DNA from: an uncultured Acidobacteriota bacterium
GTDB lineage: Bacteria; Acidobacteriota; UBA6911; RPQK01; JAPXNP01
Length of the DNA stretch: 64,000 nt
Reading direction: 5' to 3'
NCBI GenBank assembly: GCA_963777605.1
Contig: CAVZRV010000031.1
Location: 192,001-256,000 of the forward strand
Each line of letters starts with the position of its first letter. The first letter of the stretch is position 1. Positions 53,825 through 63,261 of the stretch are shown here, piece after piece. The notes under the pieces were generated by a model. The model worked only from the letters and a program-made list of their open reading frames with translations, made no database searches and had not been told where the DNA came from. The translations under genes were made by a program, and so were the position numbers.

Positions 53825-55524
53825 CCAAAGGCGCAGCCGGCGCGCCTGGGGTCGCTCGCTCCGTGCCAGTTCCCTTCCCCATCGTTGAGGATGGCCTGGT
53901 AGCCCCCGAAAAACTGCTGTGTTCCCAGCGGGTTTGTGCGGTGTCCAAGGTGCTCGAGCTGGCGAATGACTCCCTGGGCCACGCCGACCTCGTATGCGAC
54001 CGACCCGCCCTGTTCCATCCGCTCCCCCCAGGGCTGGCTGGAACCCATGTGACGGATTCGGGGGGCGTCCCCCGCTTCCTGGATGTCCATTCCGAAATCG
54101 ATCATGTTGACCAGCACCTGGACGTGGCCTTGAGGCTGCATGTTGCCGCCCATCACCCCGAAGCTCAGCCAGGGCCGGCCGTTCCGGGTGACAAAGCTGG
54201 GGATGATGGTGTGGAAAGGGCGCTTGTGAGGCTCCAGCCCGTTGGGATGCTCCGGATCGAGGTTGAACATCGCACCCCGATTCTGCAGTACAAAACCGAG
54301 GTTGTTCGGCACCCATCCCGATCCGAACGCCCAGGAGTTGCTTTGAATCAGGCTCACCATGTTGCCGTCCTTGTCGGCAACCGCCATGAAAATGGTATCG
54401 CGCTCTTCCGGCATGTCGCCCGGCGAGTCGGTCATCAGGACGCGGTCGGGCCGGATCAGCTTTCGCCGCTCGGCGGCATACTCCTTGGAGAGCAGGCGAT
54501 CGAGCGGGATCTTCGCAAATTCCGGGTCGGCATAGTAGCGGGCGCGGTCGGCGAAGGCCAGCTTTTTGGCCTCGATCAAGACATGCAGGTATTGGGCGCT
54601 GTTGAATCCCATGGAGGCAAGGTCGTACCCCTCGAGAATATTCAGCATCTGGAGCGCGGCGATTCCCTGCCCGTTGGGAGGAAGTTCCCAGACTTGATAG
54701 CCCCGGTAGTCAACCGAAACCGGATCGACCCACTGTCCGTGCTGATCGGCAAAATCTTTCATGCTGAGAAACCCGTTGTGCCGCTTTGAGAACTCCACGA
54801 TGCGCTCGGCAATTTCACCTTTGTAGAAGGCATCGCGACCGCTGCGGGCGATCATTCGATAGGTGTCCGCCAGGGCCTGGTTTTTGAAGAAACTGCCGTT
54901 CTTCGGAAAGTGGCCGTCCGACATGTAGGTGTCGGCGAACCCGGGAATGTCGTAGTAGGCAGGCCCCGGATCGTCCCAACCCCTGATCGGAAAGCCGCTC
55001 TCGGCATATCCGATTGCAGGCTGCAGCAATTGCCCAAGATCCATGGTTCCAAAACGCTCCAGCAGCATCGACCAGCCATCAACGCACCCGGGCACCGTCC
55101 AAACCGCCGGCTCCTGAGCCGGAATCGCCGTGTAGCCCCGCGATTTCACGGCATCGACATCGATTGCGTAGGGCGAGCGTCCACTCGCATTGAGTCCGTA
55201 GAGCTTCTGTGATCGGGCATCCCAGTAAATCACGAACAAATCGCCCCCGATTCCGGAATTGGCGGGTTCCGCAAGTCCGATCATGGCGTTCGCGGCTACC
55301 GCTGCATCGATGGCGTTGCCCCCTCGCTTCAGGACGTCCAGACCAACCATGACGGCCAAAGGCTGGCTGGTCGCCACCATGCCATTCGGCGTGGAGACGA
55401 TTTCCCGGGTCTTGCCCATCATGAATCGCCGCGTTCCTGCGTCCTGGGCAGACAGGGAAACCAGGACGAAAGAGGTTACAGCCAACGTCGCAATCAACCG
55501 TTTCCAGGACTCAAACCCGTGCAT
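53818..55524 (-). CDS. ggt: gamma-glutamyltransferase
   Basis: GGNAIDAAVA, GIGGD, LPPNGQG, catalytic Thr in DTIFM, KRPFHTIIP, GVMGG.MQPQG, SDPR. Confidence 0.93.
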   Translation of the reverse strand: MHGFESWKRLIATLAVTSFVLVSLSAQDAGTRRFMMGKTREIVSTPNGMVATSQPLAVMVGLDVLKRGGNAIDAAVAANAMIGLAEPANSGIGGDLFVIYWDARSQKLYGLNASGRSPYAIDVDAVKSRGYTAIPAQEPAVWTVPGCVDGWSMLLERFGTMDLGQLLQPAIGYAESGFPIRGWDDPGPAYYDIPGFADTYMSDGHFPKNGSFFKNQALADTYRMIARSGRDAFYKGEIAERIVEFSKRHNGFLSMKDFADQHGQWVDPVSVDYRGYQVWELPPNGQGIAALQMLNILEGYDLASMGFNSAQYLHVLIEAKKLAFADRARYYADPEFAKIPLDRLLSKEYAAERRKLIRPDRVLMTDSPGDMPEERDTIFMAVADKDGNMVSLIQSNSWAFGSGWVPNNLGFVLQNRGAMFNLDPEHPNGLEPHKRPFHTIIPSFVTRNGRPWLSFGVMGGNMQPQGHVQVLVNMIDFGMDIQEAGDAPRIRHMGSSQPWGERMEQGGSVAYEVGVAQGVIRQLEHLGHRTNPLGTQQFFGGYQAILNDGEGNWHGASDPRRAGCAFGY

Positions 55525-55693
55525 GGACACCTCTCTGATGATGGGGGTTGGCAAACAACAGCGTGCCCAAGATAGTCTGCCGGGCAACTGCATAGCAAGT
55601 CTGCGGGGATTCGCAGGGTAGCGGACACTCACCGAACGTGATTGAATCGGTTCCTGCATTGGACCCCACGAATTCCGTGCCCAGGGAGGCGCC

Positions 55694-57135
55694 ATGAAGA
55701 TCGTTCGATCATCGCTTGGAGTTTCAGCGATAAGTTCCCTCACTCAAGGTCTCTCCGTTCTCGTTCTCGCTCTCCTCACCCTTACGTCTGCGTGTGCAAA
55801 AACGGACCCGCTACCAGGTGGCTCGACCATGAGATCACCCGCAAATTTGGGAAACAAAGATCGCCTGGAGTGGTTTCGTGAAGCCCGATTCGGGATGTTC
55901 ATTCACTGGGGTCTCTATGCTCTCCCGGCGGGGGAATGGAATGGGCGGACCAACCACGGGGAGTGGATTCAGTTCCAGGAAAGTATTCCCGGAGCCGAGT
56001 ACGAGAAGCTTGCCGGCCAATTCAACCCGGTCGAATTCGACGCAAAGGAGTGGGTGTCGGTAGCGAAACAGGCCGGGATGAAATACATGGTGATCACGAC
56101 CAAGCACCACGAAGGCTTCGTCATGTACGACTCCCAGTTGACCGACTATGACATTGTGGAGGCCACGCCCTTCGGCCGGGATCCGATGAAAGAGCTCGCC
56201 GAGAGTGCCGCCGACAGGGCATCACCCTGTGCTTCTACTATTCGGTACAGGACTGGCATCATCCGGACTATCCGACACTCTACACCCGGCGGGACAAGCG
56301 GCATCCCGAGGGCTTCCACGGTTTCGCCAATCCCGATGCCGACTTCCTGAAGTACATGGACTACCTCCAGGGCCAGGTCCGGGAACTGCTCACCAACTAT
56401 GGCCCGGTCGGGATTATCTGGTTCGACTGGTACGGGGACGCCTTCCAGTCGCCAGCCGAACTGCAGCGGGCAAAGGACGTGGTCTCCATGATCCATGAAC
56501 TGCAGCCGAACTGCCTCGTAAACAATCGCTTCGGTGGCGTCGGCGCGGACTACGGCACTCCGGAACAGCAGATCCCGGGGGGAAGTCAGGCAACCGCCTT
56601 CGAGGTCTGCATGACCATGAACGGTCACTGGGGCTACAACAGTCACGACGACAACTGGAAGGACGCCAGGACCATCGTTTTTAACCTTTGCGACATCGCG
56701 AGCAAGGGGGGCAATTACCTGCTCAATGTCGGGCCCACCGCCGAGGGACGGTTTCCCGACGAATCGGTGAGAATCCTGAAGGAGGTTGGCCGCTGGACAG
56801 CTGCCAACGGTGAGGCAATCTATGGAGTCGCAGCGGGGCCGGACATGAGATGGGAGGCCGATATCGACATGGTGACCCGGCGGCCTGACCGGGACTACCT
56901 CCACGTGTTCAGGTGGCCCAAGGACGGTAAGATCTTTTATCAATATCCCTTCTTCGAATTCGAACGCGGCCTCAAAAAGGTCTACCTCCTGCTCGATGAG
57001 TCCCGCACTCCCCTGCCGGTCGCGAAGTTTCGCCGCGCGATCCAGTTTGAGGTTCCCCAGGAGGCGCCCGACCCGATCAACAGTATTGTCGTCGTCGAAT
57101 ATGAGACGTCCAAAATCAAGCCAGGAGATCACTGA
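55694..57135 (+). CDS. alpha-L-fucosidase (GH29), frameshift near 56203
   Basis: RFGMFIHWG, TKHHEGF, IWFD, SKGGNYLLNVGP across two frames. Confidence 0.9.
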
Positions 57136-57435
57136 TGAGCAAGAATGCCGGGATGCAGAGACAAGTCACTCGAAGGGAGTTGTTTGGAACGATGACGGCG
57201 GCAGCAGCCGCTGCTGCTGTGGTGCCGGGCTCTGGATTCGGAGCGCCGGTTCTGCAGTCCCGTCCGGGCAAATCCGACTCCAATTTCGGTGGGGTTTAAA
57301 TCGGCGCCATCACGTACAGCTTCCGAAGCATGCCCAGCACGGCGGAGGACCTGCTCAAGTACCTCACCCAGTGGCTCGAATGCGGTTGCCGAGGTGGAGA
57401 AATGCGTTGACTTCTGCAGGATCGCCTCGGCCTGA
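57135..57435 (+). pseudogene. internally deleted Tat-exported sugar phosphate isomerase/epimerase
   Basis: TRRELF...SNFGGV*IGAITYSFRSMP...LLKYL joined directly to a C-terminal-like GSNAVAEVEKCVDFCRIASA*. Confidence 0.7.
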
Positions 57436-57445
57436 GGAGCCGCCA

Positions 57446-57482
57446 TTGACATGAAATAGCGATGAAAATAGACTAATTTCAT
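57446..57482 (+). promoter_or_regulatory. sigma-70 promoter with overlapping ATGAAA/TTTCAT boxes; leaderless transcript
   Basis: TTGACA (57446)-N17-TAGACT (57469), ATG 6 nt downstream; ATGAAA twice plus inverted TTTCAT. Confidence 0.75.
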
Positions 57483-57714
57483 GTCAAAAACCATGGTTCA
57501 GATCCGCAATGTACCGCCTGAACTCCATCGGCGCCTGAAGGCCCGGGCGGCCCTTGAAGGGATGTCGATGTCGGACTACGTGTTGCGTGAGTTGCGCAAG
57601 TCGTTGGAGCGCCCAATGCGCCATGAGGTACTGGAACGGCTCCGGACTCAAGCCGATCGGGTCTTCAAGTTGAGCCCGACCGAGGCGATTCGGATGGAGC
57701 GAGACGCAAGGTGA
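57481..57714 (+). CDS. ribbon-helix-helix antitoxin (FitA/VapB-like)
   Basis: MVQIRNVPPELHRRLKARAALEGMSMSDY; GTGA overlap with the toxin gene. Confidence 0.9.
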   Translation: MSKTMVQIRNVPPELHRRLKARAALEGMSMSDYVLRELRKSLERPMRHEVLERLRTQADRVFKLSPTEAIRMERDAR

Positions 57715-58106
57715 TCGTCCTCGACGCCTCCGCTCTTCTGGAGTTGCTTCTGGGCACTGCTCGTGGAAAGTCCGTCAGCGTTCGGATCCAGGACCCGGCC
57801 CTCAGTCTCCACGTCCCGCATCTCGCCGACGTCGAAATCACCCAGGTGCTGCGCCGCTTCGTGAGGGAAGGTGAACTCGAACCCGCAGCGGCGTTGACGG
57901 TTCTCGAAGATCTGCGATCGCTCGACCTGGAACGGCACCCACATGAACCGCTTTTGGAACGGGTCTGGGGGTTACGGGAGAATCTGTCTGCTTATGATGC
58001 CGTCTATGTGGCTCTGGCCGAAGCGCTGGAAACGGTCCTCCTAACATGTGATGCCAAACTGGCCCGTGCACCAGGTGCTCACCTTCGAGTTGAACTGATC
58101 GAGTGA
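57711..58106 (+). CDS. vapC: PIN-domain toxin (VapC family)
   Basis: IVLDAS, E in DVE, NLSAYDAVYVALAE, LLTCD..L. Confidence 0.92.
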   Translation: MIVLDASALLELLLGTARGKSVSVRIQDPALSLHVPHLADVEITQVLRRFVREGELEPAAALTVLEDLRSLDLERHPHEPLLERVWGLRENLSAYDAVYVALAEALETVLLTCDAKLARAPGAHLRVELIE

Positions 58107-58294
58107 ACGGCGTTCCAAACCTGCCCGGCGAACTCCAGGTGGCTATTACGCTAAAGGAGGTTTCCGTTGGCACCGGACTGGAGATCGTGCAGGAAGGCGT
58201 GCCCGATGTCATCCCTCCGGAAGCCTGCTACCTTGGCTGGCAGGAATCGCTAACGCTACTTGCCAAACTGGTCGAAGCCGAGATCCCAGGTTAG
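58103..58294 (+). pseudogene. C-terminal remnant of an SRPBCC/AHSA1-domain protein
   Basis: PNLPGE...VQEGVPDVIPPEACYLGWQESL..LAKLVE; N-terminal half absent. Confidence 0.75.
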
Positions 58295-58487
58295 CCCCGC
58301 CCCCGCGCTTCGCGGAGACCGTTGAGAGAGTGAAACTTTTTTCGAATCGGGAATCGAGAAGCGGGAAGCGAGAATGAACCCACGCCTAAGCGAGATGGGC
58401 CGCGATGGCGTTAGAAACACCCGGTCTTCGTCATTCGACAACCATTCTCGATGCTCGCTTCTCGATTCCCGATTCCTCCCCCGGTCT
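58292..58487 (-). repeat. dispersed hairpin-forming repeat, family B copy 2
   Basis: Inverted copy of 43932-44118; heptamer-like GAATCGG/GAAGCGA arms pair with TTCTCGA/TTCCCGA arms. Confidence 0.8.
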
Positions 58488-58664
58488 TCTATCTTCTGTT
58501 CGCTAGTGCGATCCCGGAACACCCCCGAGGTCACGGCAGCGGATCCCGGGTAATCTCCCAATTCAAGGTACAATTCGGTTCGACGCGACGAGCTGCGGCT
58601 CCGTCGACGGACGGAATGCTCATAAATTCACAGGCAGGGCGATCGACCCTGGAGGTACTCACTG

Positions 58665-60162
58665 ATGAAACGACGAGATTTCTTGACCCACTCGGGACTG
58701 GTCGGATTGGGAGCGGCTTTCTCTTCCAAATTTGGCTCCGCCCAGTCGATTCACCCTGAGCCACCGGTTCGTTCGGCTCGAAACATCATCTTCTACGTCT
58801 ATGACGGATTCAGCTGGGAAGACCTCGCGGTCGCCCGCCACTTCATTCACCGCAGTAAGGGGAGGGCCCTGGCGCTGGAACGGCTCCTGACACTTGGAAG
58901 GTCAGGATCGATGTTTACCCACAGTCTTACGAGCATCATCACCGATTCTGCTGCTGCTTCAACCGCATTTGGAACCGGACGAAGGACAGGCAACGGCAAC
59001 ATCGGCGTCTTCCCGGACGGACAGAAGCTGACGACAATCCTGGAAGTGGCGAAGGGACAAGGAAAGTCAACCGGTCTCATCACAACGGCCCGGGTAACTC
59101 ACGCAACCCCCGCCGGATGCTCGGTCCACGTCAAGGACCGGGACAACGAAGACGAGATTGCCGCCCAATACCTGGAACTGCAACCGGATGTGATCCTCGG
59201 AGGAGGTTCCAGACACTTCGGGTCCGCTAGCCGAGGTGACGGACGAGACCTTTATGGAGAGTTCGCAGCCAAGGGATATTCAGTTGTCAGGACGGCGGAA
59301 GAACTCGAGGCGCTCGCGGGATCAAAAGTACTCGGCACGTTCAGCAATTCGCACATGCCCTACGAAATCGATCGCCGCTATCAGGGAGTCGAAGGCCCAA
59401 GCCTGGCCGATATCACCAGGACGGGCCTCGACCTACTGTCGGCTTCGTCCCGAGGATTCGTCGTCCAGATCGAAGCTGGACGAATCGACCACGCCAATCA
59501 CAACAACGATCCCGGGGCCATGCTTTGGGACGTGCTGGCAGCTGACGAGGCGCTGGAGATCGTCCTTGATTTCACTGACCGAAATCCGGGGACGCTGCTG
59601 ATTCTGGGATCGGATCATGGGACCGGAGGCGGCGCCATCTATGGAATCGGAACCGAGTATCAAAGGTCCTCCACTTCCTTCGATCGGATCGGCTCGCGAA
59701 GAGGCATCCTACGAACACATCCTGGGTCAGCTCGGATCGTCGCCGCAGGCGTCCGAGATAGCGGAAGCGGCCAGAACTTACCTGGGCCTCTCTCTCAAAC
59801 CGGAAAAGGCCGCCATCATTGCCGACGCCATCCAGGGGCATCCCCGGATCGCCAATATCGCCGCCTACCACGAACAACCGGCCAACTCGCTGGCCTCCGT
59901 GGTTGCCGCCGGCATGAATTTTGACAACCCTGACAACCTGAACATCCAGTATTCGGCCGGACAGCACACCGCGGGGCCGGTGCCGATCGCGGTCTACGGC
60001 GCGGGAACGACCACCGCTCAACTGGGCCTGGTCGACATCACTGAGATCTACCCCTGGATGACCAGCGCCCTCGGTGTACAGCACGACAACCCTGTGATGA
60101 GCGAAGCCGAGGCGATTTCCATTCTTGAAGGGACAGAGGGGGCCACCGGGACCGAAGGTTGA
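58665..60162 (+). CDS. Tat-exported alkaline phosphatase (PhoA family), frameshift near 59700
   Basis: KRRDFL; NIIFYVYDG, TDSAAAST, THATPA, EAGRIDHANH.ND, SDH, QHTA. Confidence 0.9.
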
Positions 60163-60184
60163 GGCGAGGAAGATCGACTGGAAC

Positions 60185-60580
60185 CTACTCCTGGCCTCGT
60201 CTGGGCTTTCGCATTGATGTAGACCTCGGGCTTGTTCTGGCTCCGGGCATCACGAACGTTTTGTCGTCGAGGCGTCCTTCTGTGTATGCTCTCAGGACGC
60301 CAGGGACATCCCCACAGACCTCGTCAAGAACTTCGATGCCTTTCGATTCCAGGAGCAATTTGAGTGATCTCGAAATAGCGCCGCAGATCAAGACATCCAC
60401 GCCCAGATCGGCAACCTGGGTTGCACGACGCGAAGGATCGTAGAGAACAATGCTCTTCTCGGAGCAAGCAATTTTGCCGGTGACCTCCAAGTCGAGCATG
60501 AGAAGATGATTCGCGGCATCAAAGACCGGAGAGACTCGTCCCCTCCAATAGGGTACTGCGACTTTCACGCCGGACTTCAA
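60185..60580 (-). CDS. NifB/NifX-family (FeMo-cofactor-binding-like) protein
   Basis: KVAVP...RVSPVFDAA, GVDVLICGAIS, MPG followed by a basic tail. Confidence 0.8.
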   Translation of the reverse strand: MKSGVKVAVPYWRGRVSPVFDAANHLLMLDLEVTGKIACSEKSIVLYDPSRRATQVADLGVDVLICGAISRSLKLLLESKGIEVLDEVCGDVPGVLRAYTEGRLDDKTFVMPGARTSPRSTSMRKPRRGQE

Positions 60581-60989
60581 CGCAAGTTACCTTCCAGAGA
60601 CGGCGCACCGACTCTGCCAGCCCAAACCTCCGGTTCCTCCTTGCCAGGATTGATAGCGTGCCGGTTCAACCGACTACCCTGCCGCTTTGAGAGCTTCTGT
60701 TGAACGACTCAAAAGCCTGCACCGTGCAACGACAACCGTTCTCACAGAGGCATTTTGCAATGCCCCGGCCCGGCTTCTCCAAGGCCAGGCAGCTTCAACG
60801 TGCTCTCTGGCAACGGTCTCAAGGGAAGAAGAACACGGGTCACTTATGGAATGCGGTTTGCTTTCAGCAGATATGTGATCGTGGTGTGAACACGGTAATC
60901 AGCTGCTCTGCAACTCAAGCTGTCGCCACTTGATTGCGGCGACTCCTGAAGCCGTGAAATGGACGTTGGCGGGATGGAGGGTAGCCCTC

Positions 60990-61535
60990 ATGACCGTACA
61001 AGCGCGGGAGCCGATTCTGAATCTCGAGCCGGACGAGTTTGAGAAGAAGATCCTCAGAGCATCAAGGGAACGAATCGTACTCCTCGAATTTTGGGCTGAG
61101 CGGTGCCACTCCGGTGGCGAAGTTGCCGACACGCTGACGCGGCACGCAGAACGATTCCACGGCCAGTGCGTACTTGCCCGTGTGGATGTCGAACGGTGGC
61201 CGGAATTCGCGGCGAAGTTCTGCATGCAAGGGATTCCCACTATTCTCGTGTTCTCCGATTGCAAGCTCGTCGGCAAGTTCGTGGGGCCACATCCCGATAA
61301 GCAGCTTCGAAATCTCCTTGACCAGTATGCTACCGGTGATGCGCATCCAGGGTGGGACTCTCACCAACCGCCCGAGAATGTCGAACGAAAGCACAGGAGG
61401 GCCCAACTCGGCCCTTCGATCGAGCTCAATGCAGAGCCGTTCCCGTCGTGGCCGCACGTGACCGATAGCGCTATGGAACCGGGCCGGGCCCGGAGGGACA
61501 ACCAAGCCTGGAACCGAAGCCCCCGGAGGTCAACT
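60990..61535 (+). CDS. thioredoxin-fold protein with degenerate active site (reads through into the next ORF)
   Basis: GGAGG RBS; VLLEFWAERCHSG (second Cys absent), QGIPT; no stop before 61874, so the end is nominal. Confidence 0.6.
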
Positions 61536-61874
61536 ATGAACAACAAGGGGAGCAACATCCAACAACGGTGGGGCGACTGGTACGTTGAACCCGACCGTCT
61601 CGAACTCGTACTGGATCGCTCGGGCTGTGTCGAGTACGTCGTCGACCTCGAGATGTGCACCAGCAGCGCTCGGGTCTTGAATCAACTCGTCGAACTTGCC
61701 GGGAAACCCTGGATCCAGCCGATGGATGTCTACGGACTCCTGAAAGCCTTGGACGACCTACTTCAGATTCAGGTAACGCTCTGTCCGGACGAATCGGAAA
61801 GCCGGCTCGACAAAACCACGCTCGGAGAACTGATCCGGAGCTCTGCTGGAACTGCAGTCAGATGTCGAACTTGA
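61536..61874 (+). CDS. hypothetical protein
   Basis: Own GGAGGT RBS and ATG, in frame with the upstream ORF; RWGDW...YVVDLEMCTSSARVL...KPW...LLKALDDLL. Confidence 0.6.
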   Translation: MNNKGSNIQQRWGDWYVEPDRLELVLDRSGCVEYVVDLEMCTSSARVLNQLVELAGKPWIQPMDVYGLLKALDDLLQIQVTLCPDESESRLDKTTLGELIRSSAGTAVRCRT

Positions 61875-61957
61875 TCTGTCCCTGTCGATCATCAGACGCG
61901 CGGCCGTCCAAGGAGCCGCTACATTTCCACTCCCCCGCAGCTTCTTCCAGCCCATTT

Positions 61958-62791
61958 TCAGAAGCCCGCAAGGTAGACTAACCCACCAACACCCAACCCG
62001 AATATCAGGTTCAGAGCCTTGATCAGGATTGAGTCTCTGACCGTGTAGGACAAGAGCGGCAGCATCCCATGCCCATCCTGGACTATGGAATTGGTCAACA
62101 ATATCGAGAACGGAATGATTCCGCTGGCGAACAGAGTCACGAAGATCAGGTTTGGCCCGGATTCCGGAATGATCCCGAACAGCGCACTCAGAATAAGCAC
62201 CATACCAAGGTGAGCTCTCACGATTGCCCCCAGGTCCCAGTAGTGTGTCCCGCTGCTGACAATCAGGAGCGCCAGGAAGGTCCAGATGAAGACCCTCCAG
62301 AGATGGCGCTTGACGATATGTCCCCAGACATGGTCTCTCAAGTAATGACCCACCGTCTCGTGGCCCGGGTGGTGCTCCTGCTTACCGCACTTCTCGCAAG
62401 GGATAATGCGGAGCAGGGCGGCCACGCGATCAGCAATCCAGCCAAACACGACCCCCAACACAAACAACATGCCGAAAAGCAGGAGGGCCTGTTTGGGAAA
62501 CATGGCGAGCATCACAAAGGCCTCGTCCCCGGAAGTGGCAACCATACAGGCGACGATCGCCCCGAAAGTCACAACGCCGTGCACGTATAGGGTTACCGAC
62601 ATGAACGCCCCGAGGCAGCCCGGGGTTGCGCCGAGGAGAGACGTCAGGATGTACTGTCGCCACTGCCCTCCTCTCAGTAGCAACCGCAACCGCCCCTGAG
62701 TTCGCACATCGACCAGGTCCACCAGAATCATCATGACGAGGACCAGGAGCGTGATCTGGAGAGCTTGAAGCAGATTCTCGCCTAATTGCAT
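61958..62791 (-). CDS. putative manganese/metal transporter (DUF2899-like)
   Basis: GATPGCLG, ATSGDEAF, GIIPESGP, SIVQDGHG; Cys/His-rich loop. Confidence 0.8.
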   Translation of the reverse strand: MQLGENLLQALQITLLVLVMMILVDLVDVRTQGRLRLLLRGGQWRQYILTSLLGATPGCLGAFMSVTLYVHGVVTFGAIVACMVATSGDEAFVMLAMFPKQALLLFGMLFVLGVVFGWIADRVAALLRIIPCEKCGKQEHHPGHETVGHYLRDHVWGHIVKRHLWRVFIWTFLALLIVSSGTHYWDLGAIVRAHLGMVLILSALFGIIPESGPNLIFVTLFASGIIPFSILLTNSIVQDGHGMLPLLSYTVRDSILIKALNLIFGLGVGGLVYLAGF

Positions 62792-63261
62792 GGCCTCGAC
62801 GCAGAACTGACGGGTCCCTGCGGGGAACGGATTACTTCTACAGCACAAGGGGCTTCGGAGAGGACGGCCTGGGACACCGATCCTCGCACGATTCGGCCGA
62901 TGACCCCATAGCCGTGACTTCCCAGCACCACAAGATCCGCAGCGATCCTTCGAACCTCCTTCAGGATCGACTTCTTGGGAGAACCCTCGATCGTCTCGAC
63001 TTCTACAAAGTCGACCGTGAGATTCTGCCGAATTCGCTCCGCCGCATCTTCGACCCGCCTTTGTCCGGATTCCTGTTCTTCCTCCAGGGACTGCTCATGT
63101 GCGGCGTAAAGAGAGAAGAGCGGATCTGGAATTTGGGGCACGCGGGGGTGGACAACGTAGAGAATCACCACTGAACTCCCTTTGGGCCAGGGTCGAGCGG
63201 CAACCTCGGTAATCGCCGCGTCGCTGCAAAGCGATCCGTCGACGGCTAACAATATCTTCAT
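62782..63261 (-). CDS. universal stress protein
   Basis: KILLAVDGS, DLVVLGSHG...GSVS..VL..APC.V. Confidence 0.92.
   Translation of the reverse strand: MKILLAVDGSLCSDAAITEVAARPWPKGSSVVILYVVHPRVPQIPDPLFSLYAAHEQSLEEEQESGQRRVEDAAERIRQNLTVDFVEVETIEGSPKKSILKEVRRIAADLVVLGSHGYGVIGRIVRGSVSQAVLSEAPCAVEVIRSPQGPVSSASRPCN

Noticed and set aside
60185-60580. Nitrogen fixation inferred from the NifB/NifX-family gene
   Set aside because: This small family is common in non-diazotrophs and no nif structural genes are present
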